A stretch of 64,000 nt of DNA. Source: Paraspadella gotoi. Lineage: Eukaryota > Animalia > Chaetognatha. How positions within the stretch are numbered: the stretch's first letter is position 1; every line of letters begins with the position of its first letter. Under the pieces are notes generated by a model. That model saw only the letters and a list, made by a program, of their open reading frames with translations, was not told where the DNA came from and did not search any database. Shown one piece after another: positions 24,381-37,977 of the stretch. The stretch is taken from positions 18,015,710 to 18,079,709 of the forward strand of contig CM119270.1 of the NCBI GenBank assembly GCA_051294375.1, read 5' to 3'. The position numbers were made by a program, and so were the translations under genes.

Positions 24381-24736
24381 CTGGAATCGTCCTTCAACAG
24401 AGACGTTATGAGAAACTTTCTGGCGTTCCTGGACATGAAGCTATCGCCGACCGGAACCGGTCGCGAAAGCGGTCGCGAATTCGCGCAATCATCTCGAGAA
24501 ACTGTGGTTTGCGGAACGGGTCGCGGATGCGCGGACTTATCCTCCAAGGCGACGTCATCTAAGACCTTTGGAAGCGGTCGAAATGGCGACGAGGATGCGC
24601 GGACATCCCGAAGTAACAGAAGCGAAGGCGGCGGTTGAGCAGTTGGGCGGAATCCGCTGTCGAGACACTTGAAGAGGGATTTCATCTCAGTGAAGCGACC
24701 GGTCGTGGATTTATGAGAAAGAAAGTCATTCGCCAT
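24381..24736 (-). CDS. Candidate first coding exon with eh1 (Groucho-binding) motif FLITSLL; probable alternative 5' exon of the Evi1/PRDM16-like gene
   Basis: aaaATGG start, 118 open codons, strong CAG|GTAAG donor in phase 2, compatible with the phase-2 acceptor at 16331; FLITSLL at 24415-24395 fits FxIxxIL/LL. Confidence 0.55.
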
Positions 24737-24769
24737 TTTAGATTTTCGTTAAAAGATAAATTGTTGCAA

Positions 24770-24965
24770 TGTTTCTGTCGCAAAATCCTTCACAACTGAA
24801 GCCTTTGCCGCAAAAGGCTTTACCGCAAAAGTCTTCAAAGTAAGGTACGATATACTTGGCCGGAAAAAGTCGTTGCCACAAAACTTTGCACCAAAGGAAA
24901 GTCTTCACCGAAAAAAGTCTTTGCCGCAAACTTCTTTGCTGTAAAAAGTCTTTGCCGCAATTGTC
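24770..24965. repeat. Degenerate ~15-bp minisatellite (CTTTGCCGCAAAAG-like), probably a non-autonomous transposon remnant
   Basis: Repeated ttgccgcaaa / ttaccgcaaa / ttgcaccaaa units. Confidence 0.65.
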
Positions 24966-25911
24966 GCCTCTTAAGGTCCCTCCGTGTGAGGGCGTCCTCC
25001 CTGTGAAGATCCCGTCGAGAATGGACCGAGGCGTGAAAAAGGTTCTCGACAAGACGTCACCCCTGTCACATCGTGAAACCCGGGAGTTAGAAACGACGAC
25101 GACGACGACGACCAACGAGCTGAAACGAAGATCTCTTTCTAAATTATCTCAACTTCCTTTTTTTTTTTGCTTTGATGAAAACCCGAAAAAAAAAATTTGT
25201 CGACTCGTCATGGAGAATATTTTTTAACATTTGTAATTATTAAATTAGTACGTAGTTATTTTAATAAAAATGGTGCAAACATAGAATCAATCAATCAAAA
25301 TTAACAAAAAAAATATTCTACGGAGAACGAAAATTTTAGTTAATAAAAGAGAGTAGAATTCTCTTTCTTTGTCAACATCTTTTTTGTCATTTCTTTCTTT
25401 TTTTACGCTAATTTAGCGACCAAAGTAATTTTAAACACGAAACGAAATTTTATGCCCTTAAAATCTTGATTTTAGGTTTAATCATTTACACGAAATAATT
25501 CTATTACTTGGTGAATTTTATACTGGTAGTANNNNNNNNNNNNNNNNNNNNNNNNNAGCTCATATACATTTGCTATCGCGCGCATAAAATCACATAAATA
25601 TTTGAAATGATGTCCCGCGACGTTCTGGGGACTTCTTCTAATATACACGGCGCGCGCAGGGGAAAACGCATATTAAAGAGACAATCTACATAAATCTTAT
25701 AAATCGTCTAGATTCATGGGCAGGTAATAACAGTAGATGAAAGAGCATATTTGTTGAACCATATTATCTCTCTCTTCTGCTCGTCTGACTCTCTCTCGTG
25801 CTACTCTCTCTCTCATTCTCTCCTCTCTCTCTCTCTTCTCTCTCGTCCCTTCTCTTCTCCCTCCTACCGCGTCACCATCGTTTTATAATATTAAATATTC
25901 TCACCCTCGCA

Positions 25912-28900
25912 GTCGCAGGGCGTGTGCAAGCTGGTACGAAGAGAAACTGAAGACTGATGACCATTTTTGCACGAGCTACCTCGGGGAGTTCGCTGCCTTC
26001 AGGACTACAATGTTCCACGGATCTTGTTCGGACGTCAGAGGAGCAGTGACAACCAAATATTGGTATAGAAACACTTAAGCATGCATCCTCTTTCATCAAG
26101 CTTATTTACGCTTTAGAAGAAGTGAAAATACGTAGCTGATGTAAAATGAATAAACATATAACAAAACGATACATAATACAAAAAACGCATTCATGTATTC
26201 AGATTACGTCATATGACTATTTCGTAACGTCCCAACGCCTTGTCGGACGGGACCTCTCGCGGAGGCGTCTGGACTCACAAGGAACTCACGCTTTCTCACG
26301 ATTACAAACTGTTTTACCGCGAATTGCTCCAGTGTTTCCGCCCAATGCGACCGACAAAAACGACGAGTTTGCCCTGCCATTCGGTCCAACAGGTCGCAGA
26401 CTAGGACGTTGATGGTTAGCTTTTGGAGATTGATTTTTATTGAATTTTTATTTTAGATTTTTAAATTGGTGTTTTTTAATTTATATCTCGGAACTCAGAC
26501 GTGTGTGGTTAAGCGACGAATTTATTTTAATTATACGAAACGGGCGCGTACCTCTCTTGCACTAGTTAATATATTTAATTTTTTTTTAATAATCTCGGCT
26601 AAAAAGATAGATTAAAAAGAGAATATCACATGGGCTTGTTAACAAACTAAACATTTTTGCAACGAATAATGAAAATTGGGTAATTCTGTGATCTCAATTC
26701 ACGCATCTAGCATAATTTTAACAACGTCGACGTTAGTAACTAGGCGGTCAAGGCGGGTTATATGTCTATGTTGTAAGAGGCGCGCAGCTTAACGCTGGCG
26801 GCAGATTCGCATTGCACGCAAAAACGCGTTTGGGGTGGGGAAAGGAAATATTTTTTGTCGAACCGAACAGGACATTCTACAAACCGCGCAGAGCGAACGG
26901 GACGAAAAGACTGTGGGTCAGAGAGTTTCCTCCTTGTGATTGAGGATGGAATAAGACATCACAGCCCCAGTTCGCTGGGGGCCCGATTACAGTTGTGATG
27001 AGGGGAGGTGAAGAAGGAAGAGAAGAGAAAGAGCAAAGAGAAGAGGAAGGATGAAGAGTAGAGTGAAGAGACAAGAAGAATAGAGTAAGAAAGTCAATAA
27101 GAAACTCTGGATACATAATTTCGAAAAAAAGAAAAGAGCAAGAGCAGAGAAGAAGAAGATTACAAGAATTAAAAGATTAGAAGGCGGATAGAGAGGAGAA
27201 GTTGAGAAAAGGACTGCGAAAGTGACCGATGGAAGTAGAGTTAAAGAATAGGAAGGCTGAAGACTGGAGACAAAATATGAGACAGAAACATAAGAAAAAG
27301 CAAAAAAAGTGACAAAAATGGATAAGAAAAAGAAAACTGAGAGTAAAAAAAATATGCGGAGGGAAAAAATAGTGAAAGAGAAGAAAATAAAGGTCAAAGG
27401 ATAAGAGCATCTTGTATCATCATCATCATCATCATCATTATCATCATCATCATCATCATCTGCTGGGTTCTCATCCAATTCAAGGAATGCGCCGTTCAAA
27501 GACCCCCAGTGGAAAAAGATCTCCAAGAGCTGGACCTAACGTCGAGCTAAATGCTACGGACTCGCGAGAATTTGGAGTACGAGCTCTATCAGTTGGAACC
27601 GGGACGAAGGGGAAGTTTACAGACTATTCGTCATCTGCTCGGCGATCGCGACATCGTTGCGCACGAGAAAGTCCTATTCAAGATTTGAAAATTTGAGAGA
27701 GAAGGTAATTGAAAAGCAATTCAAACGAGTCAATGATAAATCTTCAGTATACCATGGATGTAATGGACTGTGTACTAGAGAACCTTGATTATTAATTTTT
27801 GTATTCTAAAGTTTAGACACGCTTGATTTAAATATCTGACGTATTATCTTGTAAGAGGGATGGAAGACCAACCCACTCTCGCAATTAGCAATCCAATGTC
27901 GCGAACAAAAAAAAGAAAAATATGATTATATAAAATTAACCTTTGGATAATTTTTGTTTGAGTTGGCTAGCCAATTTCATAAAATAATCAAGGTTAAATA
28001 AAATAAATGGCGAAAGAAACTCGGAAAATACACTACAAAGAGACAAAACAAATGAAGAAAAAAACGTAAAACAAAAGAAAATGCCAGCAACAACGCAAAA
28101 AAAAAACAACAAGAAAAACAAAACAGAAATGTACTATTCTTGTCTCAGGTTGAGGGTGACGTTTCGCCGACCTCTCTGAGAAGAACGACGATTGTGACAC
28201 CGACTCTTCCCATTCGAGCCCGGACACACTGGACATCACCCGCGCACGCGTGTTTGCGGCGGTCTTCCACCACTCCGGGTCGCCCGTTCCAGGCCTGGGC
28301 GGAAGATCCACGCGCTAGCCCTTCTTGCTGCCATTGGGTACATTGGTAGGTTCCGTATGGTCGATATGATCTATAGCCATTGTCGAACGACACAAAAGCT
28401 GATTCCCACCCGAATTTGCCCGTCACGAGAAACTAAGCATGATTTGGTCAACGGTTGGTCACAATCGAGCGTCGGCAACTTTCGAAATCGAGGGGGTTAA
28501 GGGGGCGACACGGATTTGGCAGAAACAAAGAACAATTTTTGCTTAAAATTCATATTTAAAAATTAAAAGTTAATCAAGCCTAAATCTTTGTAGAATTCGA
28601 ATTGGTTATATAGTTTACAATTTGATATTTAATCATTCTTTTCTAGATAAAAAACTTCGTTTAGAATTTTAAAAACCAAATTAAGTTCTTAATCTTGTTA
28701 AGTAATTTAATTAAGTTTTAGTTAAGTTGGTCCTATATTTTAAAATCAAAGGCACTTTTAAATTATTCTTTGTTTGCAGCTATATTTAACATAATATATT
28801 TATTACGGTTTTTTTCATGATATCCGTGCAACTGTTTAAAAAACTATGACTGAATGTTGTATTCTTTATTAATATTATTTTTATATTTAAATAACCAGAC

Positions 28901-31900
28901 AGACATAAGCGATCTGACCACTAGGTAAAAAAACTTACCATTCCTCACCTTCTTTTCAGAGATTTCTCGGATCAAAAAGCGACGGTGATTGAGAGCGGAA
29001 AGACCGAAATCACACTTAACGACGCACGGTGAGAAGGAGGAAATGAGGCTAGGTTCGTTCGGAAATAACTTCCAAGTTCTTCCCTCCTCCCGGTTACGAT
29101 GCTTATCGAGCCCAACGACCCCGAGAGACTAATCAAGATCCGCGTAGACTTACGCGGTCGGCTCGCCGCGCCATTAACGAGAAGGTGATGTCGTTCGTCA
29201 GCACATATAACTCTGGAAAACGAGCCTGATGACGACGAAGGCACCCTCCGTCAAGAGTTCGATAATTCGCCGGTCCCGCGGTCTGAACGGGGCGATCGAT
29301 GTTTCCGCTCCCCGCAGGAGTTTCGAGTCGGCCGGAGTTCCCGGCGATTTTCAATGTCCACCGTCGTCCCAGGTAGCAGAAGAACGGACGCCCGGCGGGA
29401 GGGTGGCGTGGGGGGGGAGGGGGGGTTCAACTAAAAAAATCGGAATGGCGAAGGAGTAATGAAGGAGAACGGAAACAGTAATTTACCGTCATAGTCACGC
29501 TTGGACCATCAGGGTAGCGCTGGCTGTTTTTTTTCTTCGGGCTCGAGGCGGGCGCGGGGTGGTGCGGGAGTGGGGGGGGGGGCGGCGGGCGGGCTGGGGG
29601 AGGTGTCAACCTTAGATATAAGCCACGGGATTGAACATAATTTCGCGAAATCGTATGATTTTTTTTTTCTCATCCATGTCCTGACGACGAGAGAGACGAG
29701 CGCAGGGGAAAAATATATAACTAAAAAGTCAAGCAAAGCCTACTACCGCAAATATGCGAATCCAAAAGCTTCAGTTTCTAAACGAAAGATTACGAGGTCG
29801 CTGTCCTTGACGAGGCGCAACGAAGCTGTATTGACGGCCATCGAGAAATTTATTGTTAACCTTTTTTTTTTTTTTTTTTTTTTTGGGGGGGGGGGCGGGG
29901 GTGGGCGTGGGGGGCGGGAAAAAGACAGAAAATCACGCGGGCTCTTGGGGGCGGGGGAGGAGCGGCGGGGGCCCGCTTGTGCAATCCAGCCAAACTCTAA
30001 AATAACCCGGGGGGGGCGGTTGGGCAAAGTGTATCCGCCGGTCGCGGTGTCTACCTCTGCTCCCCAATCTAAACCTCCAGTTATACCAATAGAAGACCAT
30101 CTTTGCTGATGTGCTGGTCTTCCGGTTACCATCATGTCAAAGCGACAGACTAAAAGTAACAGTATTTAATTTTCAAACAATGAGGATTAGGGTTAGAAAA
30201 CTTTCTTTTTCTTTGAAACCCTTCAGGCATCAACAAAGAAGACAAGCAAAAGATTCAAGTTTTCTTCTCGTTCATTTGTTCCCGATTCTCTTTTATTTGC
30301 CCCTTCGCGGCGAACCAGCGACGACGAAGCGGAGCCCGGGGAACGACGCCATAGACAAAGAGGGCCGACAGTGGCGCCCGCTGACGATAAAAATAGACGA
30401 AGCGGTAGTCAGAAAGTACCCCGCTGACGAAAAAGAAATAAACTGCCAAATAAACGGGAACGAGGTTGGACACAATGTATCGGGCTCTTGGTTCTTAGAA
30501 ACGCAAAGATAATGAGCGACGGGATAAGCAGACCAACGGGAGGTATCTGGAAAGATTAGAAACTTCAAAGAGACGAAGAGAACGAGGGAGTTCCAGGGCA
30601 AGATTTCGTTGTCAAACAGCGAGAAGATCGGGAGGTAAGCTTGCGTTTTCTACATATGAAGCGGTCTTTCGATCAAACTTATTTCCATTTTACAATTTAC
30701 CTCCCCAACTCTTTTTACCAGTCCGCAGATGCCATCCAAACCTCTTCTTCTGTTTAATAACAACTGGTACCTGTTTTTTCCGACGTAACATCACATTCTT
30801 CTGCGAGGCGACTCCATAATTATTTTCCTCCGTGCCCAAAAGGATCTCGTTGCAAACAGAGGGTTATCGACAAGTCCGACCGCAAGGAGTCCGCCCGCCA
30901 ATCGCCCTTCGCTTTGAAAACTCCTCGTTTAGTAACTTTGGAATTTTATTTTGGCTTTTTAAATTCTTATTTTGGAAACCTGTCTCTCTTCATCTTACAA
31001 CAGTCGAATCTTTCAACCTGACGAGTACGTACGTTGGATTTTTTGGATATGGGTTAAGAATCTCCTAGACGGAAACATTGGAATTCGTTCTGCCCTTTGA
31101 AGGACATGCTGAGGGAAATGTTTGGCATCCATGCTACGTTGCCCTCCTCACCCTTTGACAAGGTTGCGCCTAAATTGCGCTCCGGCAATGTGAGTACTTT
31201 GGTCACTTGGAATTACGGTTTTCAATGGTTGTGAAGAAAGGTGCAGTTTTTCAAAATAAATAAAAATTTCTTGAAAATTAAATAAATAATAAATAAATTC
31301 TCAAGATAAATAAGATCGATGCGATTCTTACGACGAGAGGTTTATGTCCCCAACACCGTTATATTAAAAAAACTTAAGTTAAATGTATTAAATTTCAATT
31401 CAATAATATTAGAATTATTCGCTCATAGAGACCCTAAAAAATGCCCAGTCTTTCAATTTTCTTAGGGACCTACAGGTAGTGAATTCAAAACTTAGTTAGA
31501 ATAGTATTTACCATCAGTATTTTATTAGGGCAAAAATTATTGTCGTTTTTTTATAATATTACTGAAAATAATCACCGACCGTTTATCTCTCTTCTGATAT
31601 AGGTTTTATTTTTTTCATGCTCTTACCAGTTTACAATACGCTGCGGTACTAAAAAGAATGCAACAAATTTTTGTCGAATCTGCTTTTTCGCCCGGTTTTT
31701 GAGCTTAGAAACCACGCACTAGCAGTATGTATATTATAAGAAGGCTATCAGAATAGGAATAACTTACTATTCATTAATAACTCAAGCCCGAGTTGATTAG
31801 GGCCATTTATAGGATTGCTGCACGGTAAACAATTGTAGCATACCCCAAACCAACAATGTCAACGGGTGGCTGCAGACCAATAGGGGCAGCTTTAGAGACA

Positions 31901-34270
31901 GAGTCGTCAGCGTTCTCGTATGCCACTAGGACGCGGGCAGCAGGGCCGTCAACAGTTTCACTAGCCAGAGTCCACTACACTTTTGTAATATTGTATTATC
32001 AAAGAAAGGGACCAAACAATGGATCAGTAACCACAGCTTTAGTCTGAGCACAAAAAGGCCGATCACTAAGAAAACACTAAGTACCCCAACAACCTTCTGC
32101 TATAAAAAATATTAATCATAACTCATGATAGTCTGAGGGGAAAAATAGTAATGCATCAATTCAAATAATTATCAATGACGTAAGAATGAATAAGTGTCAG
32201 GATGAAGTCGTTGTGAAGTGTGGAGTGGGAATAGACAATCATGAATTAATTAAATCCACAAATGTTTATACGATTTTCACAACAAGTTCCAATCGAGATT
32301 CCACAAGAGTTTGTTCCTGACATGCACGCTCGTAGATTTATATTCTATGCTAAAAGGAAAAATTCTAAAGAAAGAAAATAACTTCTATTTAGAAATATTT
32401 ACTGGAAACATCTTTATCTTATTATCCTATGGCCCATTTTAACTTCCCCAGTTTAATAGGACCTATTTTACCTTAATTAATAACAAGCAATTTAATATGC
32501 TGTAAAATTTAATTTTATTTCTAAGTTCACACTGGTATCAGCCACTCTGGTTAAGTGCCATTCTGGCGCTTATGAAATCAATAACTGATGTAGTTGGGAA
32601 TCTCTGTCGAAAATATCAAGTAAATCGCTTAATGTAATCTACTGCAGCAATCAGATGAAAGAAAAATACTATTAGCCAGGTATAATAGAGGCCAATAGTC
32701 CTGCCGGCGTTATTAATGCATAGGCGTCATGTAACAAAAGGCATTGTACACAGGCTGCAAAAAGAAAAGATTTCAGCCTGCTAGTACATTTTTAATTTTC
32801 TAAGTTTTGAATCACTACCCTGTATATTACAATTTTTTTGTAATGTACGAATGAGCGTGTTTGTTAAGAAAAGTTTGAGGGCGTGTGTGCAAGAGTTAAT
32901 AGCTTCGATGGACAGTATGTAGGTGGCTGGGGATAGCTAGGCATAGAGCGATGAATTTCTGAGTGGTGCAGACATGGTCTGTCTCAAGCCCCCCGCCCCA
33001 CGCCCACCCTTGCCCTCCCTGTAATGGTGACTGAGGCGTTTATAAGAGTCTCGCGTTCTCCATCCGCGCTTCCGCACTGCCTTCCCCGCATCGTCAATTA
33101 AGTCACGAAGCCTGCGCCTACATGAAAAAGTGTCGAGCAAGCCCTTAGCCGAATGAAAACTGCCTACAAAGTCATAACAGTAAGTGAATCCATTCTATTC
33201 TAACCTCATTTTTAAGATGACAATTGAAGTTTCTCTAAATTCACATTTCCTATCTTTTCAGCACAAACAAATCTTATTGAACATCTCAATCGAAATGCTC
33301 GTGACAGAAAGCGAAACGAACTCGCGTCAAGAAGAAGTCGGCGAGGCGGAAAAGTGGAGCAACTTACGTTGACACACTTACATTTTGGCGACGCTTAAAC
33401 CAAAAGAGAAAAAGACACCCTCACCTAACTCCCCGTCCTCCTCCTGCCACTGACGAGTTGCCAAATGGTGGCCCCTCGCTTCATCCGAGGCCGGCGCTTC
33501 TCTCCTCTAAATCGGGCGCCGGAGCATCGACGACGACGTCCCGGTTGTTGAAGCTTCGGGATCATTCCTCAAGGCAGCGGGTCTTTCTATCGCGGAATTA
33601 TTCGCCCGGTGCGAGGTCGAAATAAAGAGACGATCGGGCTGAGGAACTCGGGAATCGGCGTTAGGTGATCGAGTGGATCAAAGAAAGAAGGAAGAACCAA
33701 GGACGTTTCCTCGTCCGCGCGCTGATGACGTCTTCGACTGCTCCGGCGACCAGCAACGTCGTCCGGCCTCGCGAGATAAATCTCTCGCGACCTGACCGTT
33801 CACCGATGATATGCGATAGTGCAAATTTAGTCTTGGTCAAACTTCATAGATGCTCTATGTTAGTCAACAGTTGAAGCTACCTTTACAAGCATTCCAGTCT
33901 GCTAAAAGGCAAGAGGGTTTAAGTTGTTTTGTTTGTCGAAATTTTACGTTTTTAAAAAAGTACATAAACAAAATAAACATTCTCATTAAATGTTTAACTT
34001 TCCTTAAGTCGCAACAAACGTAGTGCTCGCCCTCTCCGTCTCTCATCACTCGCTTCTCTCCCGACTTTCACGGACGAGTGAACTAAAGAGCACGTACCAA
34101 AATCTTCCGCAAGCCAAAATTGAAGACTGGCTTCAACGGGGCGCTGCGACTCTCCAAAGATGGTCAGAAAACTCTGCCAGAACTCCATGTCTCTTTCCAT
34201 TGAATCTTTCAGAAGGCAACGCCATACCACCCGTACCGCCGTTTGTATATCCTGTGGCTTTAATTTGACA
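25912..34270 (+). CDS. Fragmented, indel-rich multi-exon gene; pieces resemble eIF4G-type MA3 and W2 HEAT modules
   Basis: GC-rich blocks, several with AG/GT borders, give ACASWYEEKLKTDDHFCTSYLGEFAA (~25920), ARIWSTSSISW (~27562), ITRARVFAAVF..KIHALALLAAIGYIGRFRMVDMIY (~28235-28375), RRAINEKVMSFVSTY (~29165), VIDKSDRKESARQ (~30862), VIEWIKE..FLVRALMTS (33665) and WLQRGAATLQRW (~34128). These recall eIF4G motifs DIPHVWLYLAEL, GTLWREAGLSW, KARAKLLQKYL..ELQALYAL..LRMFFDALY and IFDWIE..LVRALMT. Sequence quality is poor here. Confidence 0.35.
31768..32755 (-). pseudogene. Possible degraded or noisy membrane-transporter (MFS-like) exons nested antisense in an intron of the previous gene
   Basis: Hydrophobic fragments AGLLASIIPG, VVGVLSVFLVIGLF, AQTKAVVTD and TVDGPAARVLVAY in shifting frames; GTAAGT donor at ~31767-31762, CAG acceptor near 32756. 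Confidence 0.2.
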
Positions 34271-35119
34271 CCTCCGACCTTAGCGATATCCCAGAGGACT
34301 CCGCAGTCGACAAACCTGTCTTTCCTCTTTGTTGCGTCTGCAATCCGCAGTCTTCGGGGAAGACGTTCTTAGCAAAGGGCCTTACCCGTCGTACCAGTAC
34401 ATCATAGACTTATTATTACAAAATATAGAATTCAGCTTATTATACTTACATCTATATCGAATAATAAATATTAACTCCTACTTCAACCCAAAAAAAAAAG
34501 CTTTTCTTTATCATCACGGTTTACGAGAAACTGGTTTCGTGTTTTAACGAATAAAATGATCGTTAATTTTTTTATCATCCTTGAGTAAGAAGGTTTCGCT
34601 ATCAGTAAGTAGTCGGTCGGTAGGTCTTTTCGATCGGATCCGGGTCATCAATCATTCATAGTCGGGGTAATTGAGAGTATTTAGAAATATAATGTTTAAT
34701 TTATATATATTATTATGAATTATTAAATTATTAATTAATTATAGGATTTATATTTTAAAGGACTGTTTTGGTCCTTATCCCACCAGTCTCAACCTATCTA
34801 TCTATTTAACTCTAAAACTCTACATTTATTTTTCCATCTTTCCGCTTCTCTTCTCTCATNNNNNNNNNNNNNNNNNNNNNNNNNNNNNNNNNNNNNNNNN
34901 NNNNNNNNNNNNNNNNNNNNNNNNNNNNNNNNNNNNNNNNNNNNNNNNNNNNNNNNNNNNNNNNNNNNNNNNNCTTTCCCCACCTTTCCTGTCTTTCCAG
35001 TTTTATATAGCTATACTTATACTTTTTACGTGAGCATCCATCTCGTAATCCCACTCCTTCCTTAAACTTAACTTGCTTTATCTCTCTCTCTCACCAAACA
35101 AAAAGAGCAGCGCCGCTCA

Positions 35120-37977
35120 ATGAAGAATTCGACTCGACGCCGCCTGTTGGCAGTTTTCTCCGTCTGCGTCGCCATGTGCGCCCTCAACGTCAGCTCATCC
35201 TCCCTCTACGGTTACGCGCCCAACTACGTTCGCCATTTTGGAATAGCGGAGGAGAAAATAGGTAAAAGCAGCGGCGAGCTGATAGGTGAGTGATTTGACG
35301 GATAAAAGACTGTAGTGCTTAGCTTTCTATTTTTATTTAAAGTAACCTTTTGACGATTGAAAAGGCATTTTGGCTAGCAAAAAATAACTATTCTAATTTA
35401 TAATTCAAATTAAAACTAGGACTAATATTTTTATTTTTTATTTTATTTTATTTTTCATATTACATTTTTATTTAATTTATTTCTTCTTATTTATTTATAT
35501 ATTTATTTATTTATCTATTCTAATATATATTCCTTGCATTCATTATATTCACATTCCCCTAATTACTCCGCCTTTCCAGGCTTTTATTACTTCGGCGCCC
35601 TGGGCCTGTTTGGCAGTATTTCTCCGGTACTGAGCGTCGCCCATGTGCGCCCTCAACCGCAGCTCATCCTCCCTCTACGGTTACGCGCCACAACCTAGCG
35701 ATCCGCCATTTGTGAATAGCGGAGGAGGAAAATAGGGTGTAAAAAGACAGCGGCGAGCTGATAGAGTGCAACAGTGATTTGGACAGATATATAAGGACCT
35801 GTAGTTTTAGGCTTTCTCATTTTCATTTCTTAAGCTAGTAACCTTTGGGACGATTTGAAAATGGCATTTTGCTAGCAAAAAAATATACTATTCTAAATTA
35901 TTAATTTCAAATTAAAACTTAGTACTTAATATTTTATTTTTCTATTTTTATTTTTTCAGTATTACATTTTTTATTTAATTATTCCTTTCTATATTTACTT
36001 TATATCATTTATTTATTTGTCTATTCTAATATATATTTCCTTGCATTCATTATATTCACATTCCCCTAATTTACTCCGCCTTTCAGAACGCTTTTAATTA
36101 CTTCGGCCGCCCTGGCCAACATCCCTCTGGGCAGTCACATCTTCTGACCGAATGGGTCGTCGCCACCCGTTCTCGTCGCCACCCAGTCCTCGGGACGGCG
36201 CTCAGCAACGGTCGGCTTCGGCGCCGCCAAATTCTTCGTCGCGCGGAGGGTTGGCGGTTCATGGCGGTCGGCGCCTTCGGACGCGCGCGCGTTGCATCTT
36301 GGGCCGCCAGTNNNNNNNNNNNNNNNNNNNNNNNNNAGCGGATCTCTCCGATCCGAAGACGCGCGACGTCAACATGAGCGCCCTCGTCGTGGCCGTTCAA
36401 GTGGGCGTGTTGCTGGGGCCGTCCACGGCCGTTAGTCTGGCGGGTGAGTGAATGAATGAATGAATGAATGAATGAATTAATGAATAAATGAATTAAATAA
36501 TCAAATAATCTATAACTGAATGAATGAATGAAGAATAAATGAATGAATTACAGATTATACAGGAATGAAAATATCAAATAATCTATAACTGAATAAATGA
36601 ATGAATGAATGAATGAATGAATGAATGAATGAATGAATGAATGAATGAATGATTGAATGAATGAATGAATGAATGAATGAATGAATGAATGAATGAATGA
36701 TTGAATGAATGAACTAATAAATCAATGAATCTCCCTCCTTCCTCCTCCCCCTTTTTTTTTAGGCCTTCGATTGAATTCATTTCCTTTCGTCCATCTGCCT
36801 TTTCTCATTTGCGCTTTTCCAACTCTCGTTCTTTGTCTCCTCGCTTGCGACTTCTTGCAGGCGTTTTTCCGACCAGCGAAAAACGACGACGACGACGACG
36901 ACGATAACAAAAACGGCAACGACGACGAAACAAAGGATTCGAAAAACGAAGCAAAGCAGATTAGCGAAGGCAGCAACGAAACGAAGCCGCTTCTCCCGAC
37001 CAAGGAAACCAAGCCTAACTTACCTCGTCCTTCCAAACTCACCCTCTCCCTTTTTGTCGTCTTGTCGGCCTCCATAGCCTACAAAATGGCGGCCAAATGC
37101 ATCAGGGAAGCCCTGACGATTTGGGGCGGACTGTCGGCGTCGCATGGCGGTGCCGGGCTCTCGTCCGCGGCGCTGGGCCTCGTCTCCAGCGTGCCGGGCT
37201 TCTTGGTCATCCCCGTCGCTTTGTTTCTCAATCCCTGGATTAATTCAAAACTCGGGAACCGCGACGCCGCCATATTTGGCGCCGCTTTTTCGGCCCTCTT
37301 TTCCGCGTCGCTTCCGATCGTGAAGACGGCGACGCCGATTTCACAGCTGGCGCTGTCGGCGTCGATCGGCGTTCTCTTCTCGGCGCAACGGGGAGCGACG
37401 ACCATTATGTATCAGGTGAAATTATTTAGATTGTTTACATTAATTATAGTAGGTATTATTATTCTTTACGAAAACTGGATTTACAGGTAAAACAGAGATT
37501 TATAGTTCAAAAACATAATTGAATAACAGTAGATTAGTGTGAGAAAGATATAAACAACATCCAAAGTATTTATTCATTCAATAAACAAACTACTGTAACG
37601 TAGCAGGAAGCTTTCAATCAAGTGTCGAGTTTAGTTTAATTACTTCTATAGTTAGTTTGTTTAGTTAAAACTTTGTCATATATCTCCTTTCCTTCCCCTC
37701 CACCCAGAGTCTTTCCCTTCTCCTTAACGCTTGGACGCCGGTTCCATATCTCGGCATCGTTAATGGAATCGCCATGGGGTTGGGATGCCTCTTCAACTTC
37801 GGCAGTTCCATCGCGACCGGCGCCGTCATCAGCGCCAACGATTCCATCGTCATCGACAGAGAACCAACGTTTCTCGACTACGGGATGGCGTTTCTTCTCA
37901 TTGCAGGACTCTATGTTCTCATTGGTGTCGCGTTGTTGTTTGTGCCGAGAATGAAAGTCAAAGTCGGTTCGTCGTGA
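35120..37977 (+). CDS. Major facilitator superfamily transporter (ZIFL1/DHA1-like); exons 35120-35285, ~36087-36443 (indels, gap), 36763-37415, 37708-37977
   Basis: MKNSTRRRLLAVFSVCVAMCALNVSSSSLYGYAPNYVRHFGIAEEKIGKSSGELIG; motif-A-like LSDRMGRR; GVLLGPSTAVSLAG; FPFVHLPFLIC; acidic central loop; C-half ...GIVNGIAMGLG; multiple TM segments; GT-AG borders. Confidence 0.85.
35634..36115 (+). repeat. Noisy tandem duplicate of 35166-35605 (MFS exon 1 3' part + intron 1); probable assembly artefact
   Basis: Colinear copy with scattered insertions typical of unpolished long reads. Confidence 0.8.
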
